A DNA stretch of 64,000 nucleotides from an uncultured Pelagibacteraceae bacterium (GTDB lineage Bacteria; Pseudomonadota; Alphaproteobacteria; Pelagibacterales; Pelagibacteraceae). The translations under genes and the position numbers were made by a program. Below the pieces are notes generated by a model. That model saw nothing but the letters and a program-made list of their open reading frames with translations, made no database searches and was not told the DNA's origin. Position 1 is the first letter of the stretch; each line of letters begins with the position of its first letter. This document shows, in pieces, positions 1 through 10,974 of the stretch. Where the stretch lies: positions 5,996 through 69,995 of the forward strand of contig CABYOT010000006.1 of assembly GCA_902520695.1 (NCBI GenBank), given 5' to 3'.

Positions 1-1
1 T

Positions 2-139
2 AGATTTAGAAATAACCTTGGAAACTTAGTTGAAGCATACCAAGAAGTTGCAATTAGGCTTAATATATTACACGAACAATCAAATATAAGACCATTAACT
101 TATCCTAAACCTAAAGCAGTAAAAATTAAGAAAAAATGA
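2..139 (+). CDS. purC: SAICAR synthetase, 3' end only (gene begins before window)
   Basis: Manual translation from nt 2: RFRNNLGNLVEAYQEVAIRLNIL...KKK*, matching the PurC C-terminal (D)RFRxxLGxLxEAYxEVAxRL motif. Stop overlaps the purS start (ATGA). Confidence 0.85.
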   Translation, partial: RFRNNLGNLVEAYQEVAIRLNILHEQSNIRPLTYPKPKAVKIKKK

Positions 140-369
140 AAGTAAAAGTAATTGTCACTTTAAAAAATGGAGTGCTAGATCCACAAGGTAAAGCAATTCA
201 ACAAACTCTAAATGGAATGACTTTTGATAATGTTTCAGAAGTTAGACAAGGTAAATATTTTGATATTGAAGTAAATGAGAGTGATGAAAGTAAAGCTAAG
301 TCACAAGTAGAAGAAATGTGTAAAAAACTTTTAGCAAACCTAGTTATTGAGGATTTTAAAATCTTGTAA
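136..369 (+). CDS. purS: Phosphoribosylformylglycinamidine synthase subunit PurS
   Basis: LKNGVLDPQG and KLLANLVIEDF motifs; purC-S-Q-L context. Confidence 0.96.
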   Translation: MKVKVIVTLKNGVLDPQGKAIQQTLNGMTFDNVSEVRQGKYFDIEVNESDESKAKSQVEEMCKKLLANLVIEDFKIL

Positions 370-376
370 CTACTTA

Positions 377-1057
377 ATGAAATCATCTGTAATTATATTC
401 CCTGGTTCAAATTGTGATAGAGACATGGATGTAGCTCTTAAGAAATTTGGTTTTAAAAATCAAATGGTTTGGCACAACGATGCTGAAATTCCTAAAAGTG
501 ACATGATTGTATTGCCAGGTGGTTTTTCTTACGGCGATTACCTTAGATGTGGAAGTATTGCCGGCAAATCAAGAATTATTAAATCTGTAATCAATTTTGC
601 AAATTCTGGAGGATTGGTGCTTGGTATCTGTAATGGTTTTCAAATATTAACCGAAACTGGTTTATTGCCAGGAATACTTCAACAAAATAAATACTTAAAT
701 TTTATATGTACAAATGTTTTTGTGAAAATTAAAAATAAAGAAAATAAATTTTTTAATAGAATTAATAAAGAAGTTTTGGAACTTCATATTGCTCATAACG
801 AAGGAAATTACTTTTGCTCTAATGATGAATTAAAATTAATAGAAGATAATGGACAAATAGCGGTTACCTATTGTGACGAAAAGGGAAATGATGACGAATA
901 TAATAATCCTAATGGGGCTATTAAGAATATAGCCGGAATATTCAACAAAGATAAAAATATTTTGGGAATGATGCCTCATCCTGAAAGAATGATTGATCCA
1001 TTTTTATCAGGTGAAGATGGATCACTATTTTTTGAAAATTTAGTAGGTAGCCTGTAA
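377..1057 (+). CDS. purQ: FGAM synthase glutaminase subunit PurQ
   Basis: [28 protein letters not shown] (catalytic Cys), [12 protein letters not shown]. Start moved from the track's 347 to ATG 377 ([11 protein letters not shown]) to avoid overlapping purS. Confidence 0.96.
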   Translation: MKSSVIIFPGSNCDRDMDVALKKFGFKNQMVWHNDAEIPKSDMIVLPGGFSYGDYLRCGSIAGKSRIIKSVINFANSGGLVLGICNGFQILTETGLLPGILQQNKYLNFICTNVFVKIKNKENKFFNRINKEVLELHIAHNEGNYFCSNDELKLIEDNGQIAVTYCDEKGNDDEYNNPNGAIKNIAGIFNKDKNILGMMPHPERMIDPFLSGEDGSLFFENLVGSL

Positions 1058-3252
1058 TGAATGAAGTTAATGAACAAATAGCCATCGATCATGGATTGAA
1101 GAAAGATGAATACAAAAAAATCTGTGATCTTTTAAAGAGAACTCCAAATATAACAGAACTAGGTATTTTTTCAGCAATGTGGAATGAACATTGTTCTTAT
1201 AAATCATCCAGAAAACATCTTAAAAAATTACATACTAAAGGTGATCAAGTTATTCAAGGTCCAGGTGAAAATGCTGGTGTTGTTGACATTGAAGATGATG
1301 ATGCAATTGTATTTAAGATAGAAAGCCATAATCATCCTTCATTCATTGAACCCTATCAAGGTGCAGCCACAGGTGTTGGTGGTATTATGCGAGATGTATT
1401 TACTATGGGAGCAAGGCCAATTGCTAATTTAAACTCAATTCACTTTGGCTCAATTGATCATGAAAAAACAAGAAATCTATTAAGAGGGGTTGTTAAAGGT
1501 ATTGGTGGATATGGTAATTGTATTGGCGTTCCAACTATAGCTGGCCAAACATGCTTTGATGAGTCTTATAATGGAAATATTTTAGTAAATGCAATGACAT
1601 TAGGTTTAGTAAATAAAAACAAAATATTTTACTCTAAAGCAGCTGGAATTAATAAACCTGTCATTTATGTTGGTTCAAAAACAGGAAGAGATGGAATTCA
1701 TGGAGCAAGTATGGCGTCAGCAATTTTTGATGATAAAATAGAGGAAAAAAAACCAACTGTTCAAGTAGGTGATCCTTTTACAGAAAAACTGCTTTTAGAG
1801 GCTTGTTTAGAATTAATGGCAGGTAAATCAATCATATCAATTCAGGACATGGGCGCAGCTGGACTAACTTCATCAAGTATTGAAATGGCATCAAAAGGTG
1901 ATTTGGGTGTTGAAATAGATTTGACAAAAGTACCTTGTAGAGAAGAAAATATGACACCTTATGAAATAATGCTTTCAGAGAGCCAAGAGAGAATGTTAAT
2001 TGTATTAGAGGCTGGGAAAGAAGATGAAGCAAAAAAAATATTTGATAAGTGGAACTTAGATTTTGCAATTATTGGGAAGACAACCAGTAGTAAAAATATA
2101 GAATTATTTTTTGAAAATAAAAAAGTTGCTGAAATTCCAATAGATTTTTTAGCTGAAAATGCTCCTATGTATGATCGTAAATGGATAAAAGCTAAATTGC
2201 CTAAAGAAAACAATTTTTCAAAAGATGATTTTAAATCTTTAAAATTAAGTGATTGTCTAAATAAAATCTTAACTGACCCAAACATTGCAGATAAAGAATG
2301 GATATGGAAACAATATGATCATACGGTAATGGGTGATACTATACAAAAACCAGGCGGTAATGCAGGTGTTGTAAGAGTACATGGAACCAATAAAGCTATA
2401 GCTGCAGCCGTGGACTCATCGGCAAATTATTGTCATGCTCATCCATTAACAGGTGGTAAACAAGTAGTTTGTGAAAGTTGGAGAAATATGATTTCTGTTG
2501 GAGCTAAACCAATAGCAATTACAAATTGCCTTAATTTTGGAAACCCAGAAAAAGAGAAAAATATGGGAGAATTTGTCGAATGTGTAGACGGAATTACGGA
2601 AGCTTCTAAATATTTAAATTACCCTGTGGTTTCAGGAAATGTCTCTTTCTATAATGAAACAAAAGATAAAGGAATTAAACCCACTCCATCTATTGGAGGT
2701 ATTGGTCTATTATCTGACTATAAACAGATGGTTACAATGGAACTAAAAAATAATGGAAACTATCTATTAGTAATCGGTAAGACAGAGGGCCATTTAGACC
2801 AATCGATATTTGCAAAAAATATTTTGTCTAATCATGATGGACCTCCTCCAGAAATAAATTTATTCAATGAAAAGCAAAATGGAATGATTATTTTAAATTT
2901 AAAAAATAATAATTTAATTGAGACTTGTCATGACGTTTCCCTGGGAGGAATTTTAACTGCAGTGGCAAAAATGAGTATAAAAGGAAATAAAGGTGTAAAA
3001 TTATTTCCAATTGAAGGATTGATTAATAAATATAAATATTTTTTTGGAGAGGACCAAGGAAGGTATATAATAGAAATAAAACCTGAAAATTTAGTAAATA
3101 TTGAAAAAATACTTAAAGATGACTCAATCCATTTTGATAAATTGGGTATAGTAGAAAGTGATCAGATTACTTATGGAAATGACCTAAAAATACCAATTGA
3201 CGATATTAAAGAAGGCTATAAAAAATGGCTAAAGGAATATATGGTTAACTAA
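1057..3252 (+). CDS. purL: FGAM synthase synthetase subunit PurL (small form)
   Basis: [51 protein letters not shown]. Confidence 0.98.
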   Translation: MNEVNEQIAIDHGLKKDEYKKICDLLKRTPNITELGIFSAMWNEHCSYKSSRKHLKKLHTKGDQVIQGPGENAGVVDIEDDDAIVFKIESHNHPSFIEPYQGAATGVGGIMRDVFTMGARPIANLNSIHFGSIDHEKTRNLLRGVVKGIGGYGNCIGVPTIAGQTCFDESYNGNILVNAMTLGLVNKNKIFYSKAAGINKPVIYVGSKTGRDGIHGASMASAIFDDKIEEKKPTVQVGDPFTEKLLLEACLELMAGKSIISIQDMGAAGLTSSSIEMASKGDLGVEIDLTKVPCREENMTPYEIMLSESQERMLIVLEAGKEDEAKKIFDKWNLDFAIIGKTTSSKNIELFFENKKVAEIPIDFLAENAPMYDRKWIKAKLPKENNFSKDDFKSLKLSDCLNKILTDPNIADKEWIWKQYDHTVMGDTIQKPGGNAGVVRVHGTNKAIAAAVDSSANYCHAHPLTGGKQVVCESWRNMISVGAKPIAITNCLNFGNPEKEKNMGEFVECVDGITEASKYLNYPVVSGNVSFYNETKDKGIKPTPSIGGIGLLSDYKQMVTMELKNNGNYLLVIGKTEGHLDQSIFAKNILSNHDGPPPEINLFNEKQNGMIILNLKNNNLIETCHDVSLGGILTAVAKMSIKGNKGVKLFPIEGLINKYKYFFGEDQGRYIIEIKPENLVNIEKILKDDSIHFDKLGIVESDQITYGNDLKIPIDDIKEGYKKWLKEYMVN

Positions 3253-3482
3253 TGGCAATGGATTTAAAAGAGATAGAAAGCTTAATAAAAGAAGCACTCC
3301 CTGATGCGAAAATAGAAATTCAAGATCTTGCAGGTGATGGCAATCATTATTCAGCGACAGTAATTTCGTCGCAATTTGTAGGAAAAAGTAAAATTCAGCA
3401 ACACAAAATGGTATATAATTCTCTTAAGGGTAAAATGGGGAATGAGTTGCATGCTCTAGCTGTTACAACAAAGGAGAATTAA
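3252..3482 (+). CDS. bolA: BolA/IbaG family protein
   Basis: DLAGDGNHY, QQHKMVY, LHALA; purL-bolA-grxD synteny typical of Alphaproteobacteria. Confidence 0.92.
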   Translation: MAMDLKEIESLIKEALPDAKIEIQDLAGDGNHYSATVISSQFVGKSKIQQHKMVYNSLKGKMGNELHALAVTTKEN

Positions 3483-3821
3483 ATGGACAATAAAATTAAC
3501 GAATTAATCAACAATGAAATTAAAAGCAACGAAGTATGTTTGTTTATGAAAGGGACACCTGATGCTCCTCAGTGTGGGTTTTCTATGGCAGTTACAAACA
3601 TTTTAAAAATGCTTGAAGTTAATTTCAAAGGTGTAAATGTTTTAGCAGATCAAAACCTAAGAGAAGGTATTAAAGTTTTCAGTGATTGGCCAACAATTCC
3701 TCAATTATATGTTAAGAATGAGTTCATAGGTGGTTGTGATATAGTTAAGGAAATGTACGAAAGTGGTGAACTAGCCAAACTTTTTGAAGATAATGGAATT
3801 GAATTTAAAAAGAAAAACTAA
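3483..3821 (+). CDS. grxD: Monothiol glutaredoxin Grx4
   Basis: LFMKGT..PQCGFS, SDWPTIPQLY, GGCDI. Confidence 0.96.
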   Translation: MDNKINELINNEIKSNEVCLFMKGTPDAPQCGFSMAVTNILKMLEVNFKGVNVLADQNLREGIKVFSDWPTIPQLYVKNEFIGGCDIVKEMYESGELAKLFEDNGIEFKKKN

Positions 3822-3823
3822 TC

Positions 3824-4435
3824 TTATTTAATTAACAACCTAATTTTTTTTGAGAAATACTTTTTTAGCAAGTTTAAAATTGATATTTTAACTGGTGTTT
3901 TAGAATTATCTTCAACCATTTTAAATTTAATACTATCTTCCCAACTTAATTCGATTACTAAACTTTCACGAAAATATTCATTTAATTTTTTTATTGTTCC
4001 TACAGTTAAAACTGGTTCAAAATATTGTTGTTTTTTTGAGATATTAATTTGACTATTAACATCATCAAATACTAAGTGCCAAATATGAGCTTTTTTATTT
4101 TCAAAAACCAAATTATCTTCAAGTCTTGTGGGTACTTCAATGTATCCTTTTTTTCCTATTCTAGATAATTCATTTAAAAAATAAGAAACATCCTCAACAT
4201 GTTCAACTACATGGGAGGCAACAACAAAGTCAAACTCCTTATCTTTAAATGGCAATTTCTTTTCAGTAATCTTTACAAATGACTTATCTTTGTAGTGATT
4301 TGATAAATCAAGTATATCACTGACTGTTGTTGCATATTTATTAGCACCATATCCACAACCAATATCCAAAATTTTCCAGTCTGGATTTTCTGAGAGGGTT
4401 TTTTCTATGTAGGTTTTTGATGTTCTTTTGATCAG
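3824..4435 (-). CDS. Class I SAM-dependent methyltransferase (type 11-like)
   Basis: Motif I ILDIGCG, LPFKDKEFD, SHVVEHV. The frame is open upstream of the track start (4369), so a CTG start at 4435 is proposed to keep the beta-strand before motif I. Confidence 0.8.
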   Translation of the reverse strand: MIKRTSKTYIEKTLSENPDWKILDIGCGYGANKYATTVSDILDLSNHYKDKSFVKITEKKLPFKDKEFDFVVASHVVEHVEDVSYFLNELSRIGKKGYIEVPTRLEDNLVFENKKAHIWHLVFDDVNSQINISKKQQYFEPVLTVGTIKKLNEYFRESLVIELSWEDSIKFKMVEDNSKTPVKISILNLLKKYFSKKIRLLIK

Positions 4436-4440
4436 AAAAA

Positions 4441-5058
4441 TTATCTTGAATAATATTCAATTACTAAATTAGGTTCCATAACTACTGGATAAGGAACTTC
4501 TTCAAATTTTGGAATTCTAACAAATTTAACTTTTTTATTTTTTTCATCTAATTGTAAATATTCTGGGACTTCTCTTTCTTTGTTCGCGAGTGCTATATCA
4601 ATTAAAGCTAACTGTTTTGATTTATCTCTTATTTCAATACTATCTTCTTCTTTTACTTGATAGCTTGATATATTAACTTTTTTTCCATTTACTCTTACAT
4701 GTCCATGATTAATTAATTGTCTTGATGAAAAAATAGTATTTGATAATTTTGATCTATAGATTACAGCATCAAGTCTTCTTTCTAGTAATCCAATTAAATT
4801 TTCAGCAGTATCACCTTTTTTCATAATGGCTCTTTTATACATATTTCTAAACTGTCTTTCGTTCATGTTGCCATAGTAACACTTTAATTTTTGTTTTGCC
4901 TGTAGCTGAATTCCGTAATCAGAAGGTTTTGATGATTTTGTTTGTCCATGCTGACCTGGGGGATATGCTCTAGAATTAAATGGACTTTTAGGTCTACCCC
5001 ATAAATTTACTTTAAGTCTTCTATCGACTTTATGTTTTGAGTTTAATCGTTTTGTCAT
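4441..5058 (-). CDS. rpsD: 30S ribosomal protein S4
   Basis: YPPGQHG, SDYGIQL..KQK, LERRLD, RQLINHGHV, LVIEYYSR. Confidence 0.99.
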   Translation of the reverse strand: MTKRLNSKHKVDRRLKVNLWGRPKSPFNSRAYPPGQHGQTKSSKPSDYGIQLQAKQKLKCYYGNMNERQFRNMYKRAIMKKGDTAENLIGLLERRLDAVIYRSKLSNTIFSSRQLINHGHVRVNGKKVNISSYQVKEEDSIEIRDKSKQLALIDIALANKEREVPEYLQLDEKNKKVKFVRIPKFEEVPYPVVMEPNLVIEYYSR

Positions 5059-5073
5059 ATTAAAGTTATTGGG

Positions 5074-5101
5074 TTTATAGACATCAAAATATTTTTGTCA
5101 A
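5074..5101 (-). promoter_or_regulatory. Putative sigma70 promoter of rpsD
   Basis: Minus strand TTGACA (5101-5096), 16 nt spacer, TATAAA (5079-5074), 15 nt before the ATG. Confidence 0.55.
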
Positions 5102-5815
5102 TCAAGGTTTTTTAATCAAACCAGCAAATACACTTGATAAAATGCGTGTTTCTTTTTGAGAAAGTTCCATTTTATAAAAAATACTTCTTAAATTTTCAAG
5201 CATTATGGGTTTTTTCGCTTTTTGTCTAAAAAAATTTTTATTTTCTAGGTTTGTTAAACAAAAATTTAACATTACAGATATCTCTTTCTTAGTTGCTTTT
5301 TGTATTTTTTTTGATTTTTGAAAATCATAATTTTCTTTTGAAATTATGTTTGAAACAGTATGAGCTACAATTACTAAACTGTGTGAAAGATTTAAAGATC
5401 TGAATTTAGCATTACTTGGGATTTGCAAAGTATAGTCGGCATAACTCACTTCATTATTTGTTAAACCTGATGCCTCAGAACCAAACAAAAAACTTACCTT
5501 TTTTGAATAATCAATTTTTTTTAATTCTTTTAACGAAATATGTTTAATATTTTTATTTCTAAACCTTGCTGATGTTGCAATTAGTATGTCAGTTTTGTTT
5601 AAAGATTTTTCTAAATTAGGATAAATATTTGCTTTTTCTATTATATCTTTAGCTCCAACTGAAGTTGCTTTTATTTTATCATTTGGGAATATTGGCTTTG
5701 GTTCTATCAATGATAAATTTTTAAAACCAAAGTTTTTCATTCCTCTTGCACATAATCCTATGTTTTCAGATAGCTGAGGTTTATGTAAAATAAATGATAT
5801 ATTATTAAAATTCAT
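5102..5815 (-). CDS. trmJ: SPOUT RNA methyltransferase, TrmJ/LasT family
   Basis: PQLSENIG..ARGMKNFG, ATSAR, LFGSEASGL, SLNLSHS. Confidence 0.85.
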   Translation of the reverse strand: MNFNNISFILHKPQLSENIGLCARGMKNFGFKNLSLIEPKPIFPNDKIKATSVGAKDIIEKANIYPNLEKSLNKTDILIATSARFRNKNIKHISLKELKKIDYSKKVSFLFGSEASGLTNNEVSYADYTLQIPSNAKFRSLNLSHSLVIVAHTVSNIISKENYDFQKSKKIQKATKKEISVMLNFCLTNLENKNFFRQKAKKPIMLENLRSIFYKMELSQKETRILSSVFAGLIKKP

Positions 5816-7413
5816 TAAGCACTTGCTGGTGCGTTATCTTTGAATAATTTATAATCAAGACTATCTACTAATGCTTTAAAAGATGCATCTATAATGTTTG
5901 GAGAAACTCCAATTGTAAACCAGTTTTTTCCTTTAGAGTCTGTGCTTTCAATGGAAACTCTGGTTACAGCCTCTGTTCCAGTGTTTAATATTCTTACTTT
6001 ATAATCAACTAATCTTAAATCTTTAAGATAATCAGAGTATTTTGAAATTTTTTTAATATTATTTCTAATTGCATTATCCAGAGCATTTACTGGTCCATTA
6101 CCCTCACCTTCACAAATAATTGTTTCTCCATCTACTTCTAACTCTGCTTTGGCGGATGAAATAATTTCTCCAGAAGAATTTTTTTTAACGGATACATCGT
6201 ATGCCTTAATAATTAAGTATCTAGGTATTTCGCCAACTATTCTTCTTGCTAATAATTCAAATGATGCATCTGCACCATCATAGCTATAACCAATAAATTC
6301 TCTTCCTTTTACTTCATCCAGAAGTTTTTTAATTTTAGGGTCATTTTTTTTGATATCGATTCCAATGGTTCCTAATCTTGATAAAATGTTTGATTGTCCA
6401 GCTTGATCTGAGACAACTATATTTCTTACATTACCAACTTCTTTTGGATCAATATGTTCATAAGTTTTTGGATCTTTTTGAACCGCTGAGACATGCATTC
6501 CACCTTTATGTGAAAAAGCTGCAGCACCAACATAAGGCAAATGTTTGTTGGGTTTTCTGTTTAAAATTTCATCTAATAGTCTAGAGCATTGTGTTAAATG
6601 TTTAATATTCTCGTCTTTCATATTAATTTCATAATTGTTAGAAAACTCGGGTTTTAAATATAATGATGGAATAAGAGACATTAAATTAGCATTACCACAT
6701 CTTTCACCTAAACCATTAATTGTTCCCTGCACCTGTCTTACACCTGCTTGGATTGCAGCTAACGAATTTGCAACTGCATTTTCTGTATCATTGTGTGCAT
6801 GAATTCCTAAATTTTTACCTGGTATATGTTTTGATACATCTGAAACTATTTTTGATATTTCGTGGGGTAAGGTGCCGCCATTGGTATCACATAGTATAAT
6901 CCACCTTGCACCTTGATCATATGCAGACTTAATACAACTTAAAGCATATTCTTTATTTGATTTATAACCATCAAAAAAGTGCTCCGCATCAAACATGAAT
7001 TCTTTTCCAGAATTAATTATATGTTTTGCACTTTCGCTAATATTTATTAAATTTTGATCTTTGGATATACCTAAAGCAACATCAACATGAAAATCCCAAG
7101 ATTTTCCAAATAAACAAATTGAATTTGCCTTAGAATTTATTAAAGATGAAATCATTGGATCATTCTCAGCGCTATGATCAGTTTTTTTTGTCATACCAAA
7201 AGCTGTCAATATTGAATGATTAAAAGGATGTTGTTTGTTAAAAAACTCTGTATCTGTGGGGTTAGCTCCAGGCCATCCACCTTCTATGTAATCGACACCA
7301 AGATTATCTAATGCTGCGGAGATTTTTTCTTTGTCATCTAAAGAAAAATCTACTCCTTGTGTTTGTGCACCATCACGTAAAGTTGTATCAAATATGTATA
7401 TTTTGTCCGACAT
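5815..7413 (-). CDS. cimA: Citramalate synthase (alpha-IPM synthase family)
   Basis: DTTLRDGAQ, YIEGGWPGANP, FDAEHFFDG, CDTNGG, HAHND, GERCGNA, FSHKGGMH; cysS-cimA synteny. Confidence 0.9.
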   Translation of the reverse strand: MSDKIYIFDTTLRDGAQTQGVDFSLDDKEKISAALDNLGVDYIEGGWPGANPTDTEFFNKQHPFNHSILTAFGMTKKTDHSAENDPMISSLINSKANSICLFGKSWDFHVDVALGISKDQNLINISESAKHIINSGKEFMFDAEHFFDGYKSNKEYALSCIKSAYDQGARWIILCDTNGGTLPHEISKIVSDVSKHIPGKNLGIHAHNDTENAVANSLAAIQAGVRQVQGTINGLGERCGNANLMSLIPSLYLKPEFSNNYEINMKDENIKHLTQCSRLLDEILNRKPNKHLPYVGAAAFSHKGGMHVSAVQKDPKTYEHIDPKEVGNVRNIVVSDQAGQSNILSRLGTIGIDIKKNDPKIKKLLDEVKGREFIGYSYDGADASFELLARRIVGEIPRYLIIKAYDVSVKKNSSGEIISSAKAELEVDGETIICEGEGNGPVNALDNAIRNNIKKISKYSDYLKDLRLVDYKVRILNTGTEAVTRVSIESTDSKGKNWFTIGVSPNIIDASFKALVDSLDYKLFKDNAPASA

Positions 7414-8774
7414 TATTTAAATTTCCACGAGGTTTTACCATCTTTATCCTCTATTTGAACTCCTTTTTCCAAAAGCTCATTTCGAATTTTATCAGCTAAT
7501 TCGTAATTTTTATCATCTCTAGCCTGATTTCGTTCTTTAATTTTTGTTTCAATTACCTCATCGCTTACATCAGATTTATTTTTTTTAAATTTATCCCATT
7601 CATCTTTAGTCTCCGTTAACAATCCTACAAAATTACATGCAGATACAAATTCTTGTTTATCTTCCAAATTACCTGATTGAGATTTCTCATATAACTTATG
7701 AAGGTTGGCTATATATTTTGGCGTATTTAAATCATCATATAAAGGATAAAGATCATCATCAGATATAAGTTTGGGCTTATCTAGTTCTACATAGCTTTTA
7801 TACCATTTATCTATTGTTTTTTGACTTTCCTCCAAAAGTTTGTCATTCCAATCTAAAGGTTGTCTATACTGTGCGCTAATTAAAGCTAGTCTTAGAGCTT
7901 GACCATTCACATTATTTTTAAAATCACTTATCTTTAAAATATTGCCCTGTGATTTTGCCATTTTTTCATTTGACAAGGTGATAAATCCATTATGTACCCA
8001 ATAATTTGAAAAAACTTCAGTATCATTAGCACAACATGATTGAGCAATTTCATTTTCGTGATGTGGAAATATTAAATCTCTGCCTCCCCCGTGAATATCA
8101 AACTTATCACCAAGATATTTTTTGGACATTACTGAACATTCTAAATGCCAACCTGGTCTTCCCTTCCCCCATGGTGATGGCCAGCTAGGTTCTTCTTCAC
8201 TTGAGGGTTTCCATAATACAAAGTCTTCAGCATTTTTCTTGTTACTTGATACTTCTACTCTGGACCCTGATATTAAATCTTCTATTTTTTTATTTGATAA
8301 TTTTCCATAATCCTTAAATTTTTTAACCTCAAAATAAATATTTTTCTCACTCTCATAAGCAAAACCTTTATCAATTAAAGTACTGATCATATTGATCATT
8401 TCATTTATATTTTCTGTTGCTTTAGGTTGAAAGTTAGGTTCCTCACATTTAAGATAATTACAATCTTGTTGGAAATTTAAATTTATTTTATGAGTTAATT
8501 CAGAGATTGTAATTTTTTTATTTTTTGCAGATTGAATTATTTTATCATCAATATCTGTAATATTCCTGACATACGTAACATTTTCTTTACCGTATTTACA
8601 TTTTAAAACTTTAAAAAGAATATCAAATACAACTAATGGCCTTGCATTACCTACATGTGGATCATCATAAACTGTGGGACCACAAACATACATTTTAACA
8701 TTATCGTCATCTATTGGCTGAAACTTTTCTTTTTTTCCACCATAGCTATTTGTTAAAAAAATATCTTTGTTCAT
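7413..8774 (-). CDS. cysS: Cysteine--tRNA ligase
   Basis: MYVCGPTVYD..HVGNAR, GRPGWHLECS, DIHGGGRDLIFPHHENEIAQS, KMAKS. Confidence 0.98.
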   Translation of the reverse strand: MNKDIFLTNSYGGKKEKFQPIDDDNVKMYVCGPTVYDDPHVGNARPLVVFDILFKVLKCKYGKENVTYVRNITDIDDKIIQSAKNKKITISELTHKINLNFQQDCNYLKCEEPNFQPKATENINEMINMISTLIDKGFAYESEKNIYFEVKKFKDYGKLSNKKIEDLISGSRVEVSSNKKNAEDFVLWKPSSEEEPSWPSPWGKGRPGWHLECSVMSKKYLGDKFDIHGGGRDLIFPHHENEIAQSCCANDTEVFSNYWVHNGFITLSNEKMAKSQGNILKISDFKNNVNGQALRLALISAQYRQPLDWNDKLLEESQKTIDKWYKSYVELDKPKLISDDDLYPLYDDLNTPKYIANLHKLYEKSQSGNLEDKQEFVSACNFVGLLTETKDEWDKFKKNKSDVSDEVIETKIKERNQARDDKNYELADKIRNELLEKGVQIEDKDGKTSWKFK

Positions 8775-8819
8775 TAATGAAGGAATATACTTTAATTATA
8801 GATTTGTGAATCTATTTGA

Positions 8820-9557
8820 TTAGCTTGGAATCTTACAAACTGGAATAGGATCCATTTTATGCAGGTTTGCGTTTCTTATCTGAATATATTTTTCTCTATT
8901 TTTTGAATTTTCATTCTCCATGGCCTCTTCTAGTTCTTTATAGCTAAGACCAAGCTGGCCCTCATCTGTTCTTCCGTCATCCCATAAACCATCTGTTGGA
9001 GGAGCATCAATTATCTCTTGCAAAATTTTTAATTCTTTTCCTAGTTCCCAAACCTCAGTTTTATTACAATCAGCTATTGGAGATATATCAACTCCACCAT
9101 CTCCATACTTTGTGTAAAAACCTACTCCAAAATCTTCAACTTTATTTCCAGTGCCAACCACTATTCCATTATTGGCTGCTGCAACTTGATACAGAGTTGT
9201 CATTCTTAATCTAGCTCTAGAGTTTGCCATACCATGCAAACTATTAAAATCTTTTAAAGTATTTTCAAATGTAGAAAAAAGACTGTCCAGCTCAACAGTA
9301 ATACCTTCGACATTTTTAAAATTTTGTTTTAGCCATTCCTGATGCTTTAAACTTAAATCATGTTGTGTACTTTTTTGTTTTATTGGCATAGACAAGACAA
9401 TAGTTTTAAGTCCTGTCATTGCACTTAAGGTGCTGGAAACAGAAGAATCAATTCCGCCTGAAATCCCAATAACCAGAGACTTGGCTTTTTTTGGCATCGA
9501 ATTAACATAATTCAAAATCCAATCCTTAATAAATGTAACTTTTTGGTTAGGTTTCAT
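8820..9557 (-). CDS. nadE: NH3-dependent NAD+ synthetase (no glutaminase domain)
   Basis: GISGGIDSSV, ANSRARLRM, GTGNKVE, GFYTKYGDG, PTDGLW; 245 aa. Confidence 0.95.
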   Translation of the reverse strand: MKPNQKVTFIKDWILNYVNSMPKKAKSLVIGISGGIDSSVSSTLSAMTGLKTIVLSMPIKQKSTQHDLSLKHQEWLKQNFKNVEGITVELDSLFSTFENTLKDFNSLHGMANSRARLRMTTLYQVAAANNGIVVGTGNKVEDFGVGFYTKYGDGGVDISPIADCNKTEVWELGKELKILQEIIDAPPTDGLWDDGRTDEGQLGLSYKELEEAMENENSKNREKYIQIRNANLHKMDPIPVCKIPS

Positions 9558-9594
9558 ATTTAAAATATAATAATTAATTTAAAAAATTAAATGA

Positions 9595-10974
9595 TTAAGA
9601 TGCCGCTCTAATACCGTTTTTAGCATACAAGGTATTCTTTTTAATCTCATCTGAAATTAAAAAAGCTAACTCTAGGGCTTGGTTAGCATTAAGTCTTGGA
9701 TCACATTGAGTGTGATATCTGCTTGATAAATCTGTATCTGATATTTTTTGTGCTCCACCAGTACATTCTGTCACATTTTGACCAGTCATTTCAATATGAA
9801 GTCCTCCTGCATATGATCCTTCGCTTTGATGTACGCCAAATACGTTTTTAACTTCATTTAAAACGTTATTAAAAGGTCTTGTTTTAAAACCAGTAGTTGA
9901 TTTAATCGTATTTCCATGCATCGGATCACATGACCAGATAACGTTAAGCCCCTCTTTTTTAATTCCTCGTATAAGTTTTGGTAAATATTTTTCTACTTGA
10001 TCGTGTCCGAATCTAGAAATTAATGTAATTTTACCTTTATCATTTTTAGGATTTATCAGCTCACAAATTTTGGCTATCTCTTCAGGTTTAGAAGTTGGTC
10101 CACATTTAATTCCAATAGGGTTTTCAATACCTCTACAAAACTCAACATGACCACCATCAATTTGTCTTGTTCTGTCTCCTATCCATACAAAATGTGCTGA
10201 GGTATCATGATATTCACCAGTGGTAGAGTCTATTCTTGTCATAGTTTCCTCAAATGGTAAATGCAACGCTTCATGCGATGTCCAGAAATTAACAGTGTAT
10301 AACCTTCTGTTAAAATCTGATGTAATTCCACAAGCTTCCATAAAAGCTAGAGCATCTGCAATTTTATCTTCTAATTCCTTGAATTTTTTAGCTTGTGCAG
10401 CTGATTTGATATAACCTAAATTCCATAGATGGACTTTTTTTAGATCAGCAAATCCACCATTAGAAAATGCTCGAATTAAATTTAATGTAGAGGCTGATTG
10501 AGAGTAAGCTCTAAATAATCTTTTTGGATCTGGAACTCTTGCTGCTTCAGTAAATTCCATACCATTAATATTGTCTCCTAAATAACTTGGTAGCTCTACT
10601 TCTCCTTGCTTTTCTGTAGGAGCACTTCTAGGTTTTGAAAACTGACCAGCAATTCTTCCTAGTTTTACAACTGGCAAAGATGCTGAATAAGTTAATACTA
10701 ATGACATTTGAAGCATTAGTTTAAAATAATCTCTAATATTATCTGGGTTAAATTCTGCAAAACTTTCGGCACAATCTCCACCTTGCAATAAGAAAGCCTT
10801 GCCATCAACAACGTTTGCAAGTTGATCTTTAAGATGTCTAGTTTCACCCGCGAATACTAAGGGAGGGAAATTTTTTAATTTATTTAAAACTAAATTTAAT
10901 TCCTGTTCATCCTTATACTGAGGGATATGCTTAACTGGATAGTTTCTCCAACTATTTACTTTCCATTTTTTCAT
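9595..10974 (-). CDS. Class II DAHP synthase (3-deoxy-7-phosphoheptulonate synthase)
   Basis: FLLQGGDCAESF, GRIAGQFSKPRS, WTSHEAL, WIGDRTRQ, CDPMHGNT, QCDPRLN. Confidence 0.96.
   Translation of the reverse strand: MKKWKVNSWRNYPVKHIPQYKDEQELNLVLNKLKNFPPLVFAGETRHLKDQLANVVDGKAFLLQGGDCAESFAEFNPDNIRDYFKLMLQMSLVLTYSASLPVVKLGRIAGQFSKPRSAPTEKQGEVELPSYLGDNINGMEFTEAARVPDPKRLFRAYSQSASTLNLIRAFSNGGFADLKKVHLWNLGYIKSAAQAKKFKELEDKIADALAFMEACGITSDFNRRLYTVNFWTSHEALHLPFEETMTRIDSTTGEYHDTSAHFVWIGDRTRQIDGGHVEFCRGIENPIGIKCGPTSKPEEIAKICELINPKNDKGKITLISRFGHDQVEKYLPKLIRGIKKEGLNVIWSCDPMHGNTIKSTTGFKTRPFNNVLNEVKNVFGVHQSEGSYAGGLHIEMTGQNVTECTGGAQKISDTDLSSRYHTQCDPRLNANQALELAFLISDEIKKNTLYAKNGIRAAS

Noticed and set aside
7945-7965. 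KMAKS instead of KMSKS in CysRS
   Set aside because: A conservative variant of the class I motif; all Zn ligands are intact.
8798-8815. ATAGATT-TGTG-AATCTAT hairpin between nadE and cysS
   Set aside because: A 7-bp AT-rich stem with no U-tract is too weak to call a terminator.
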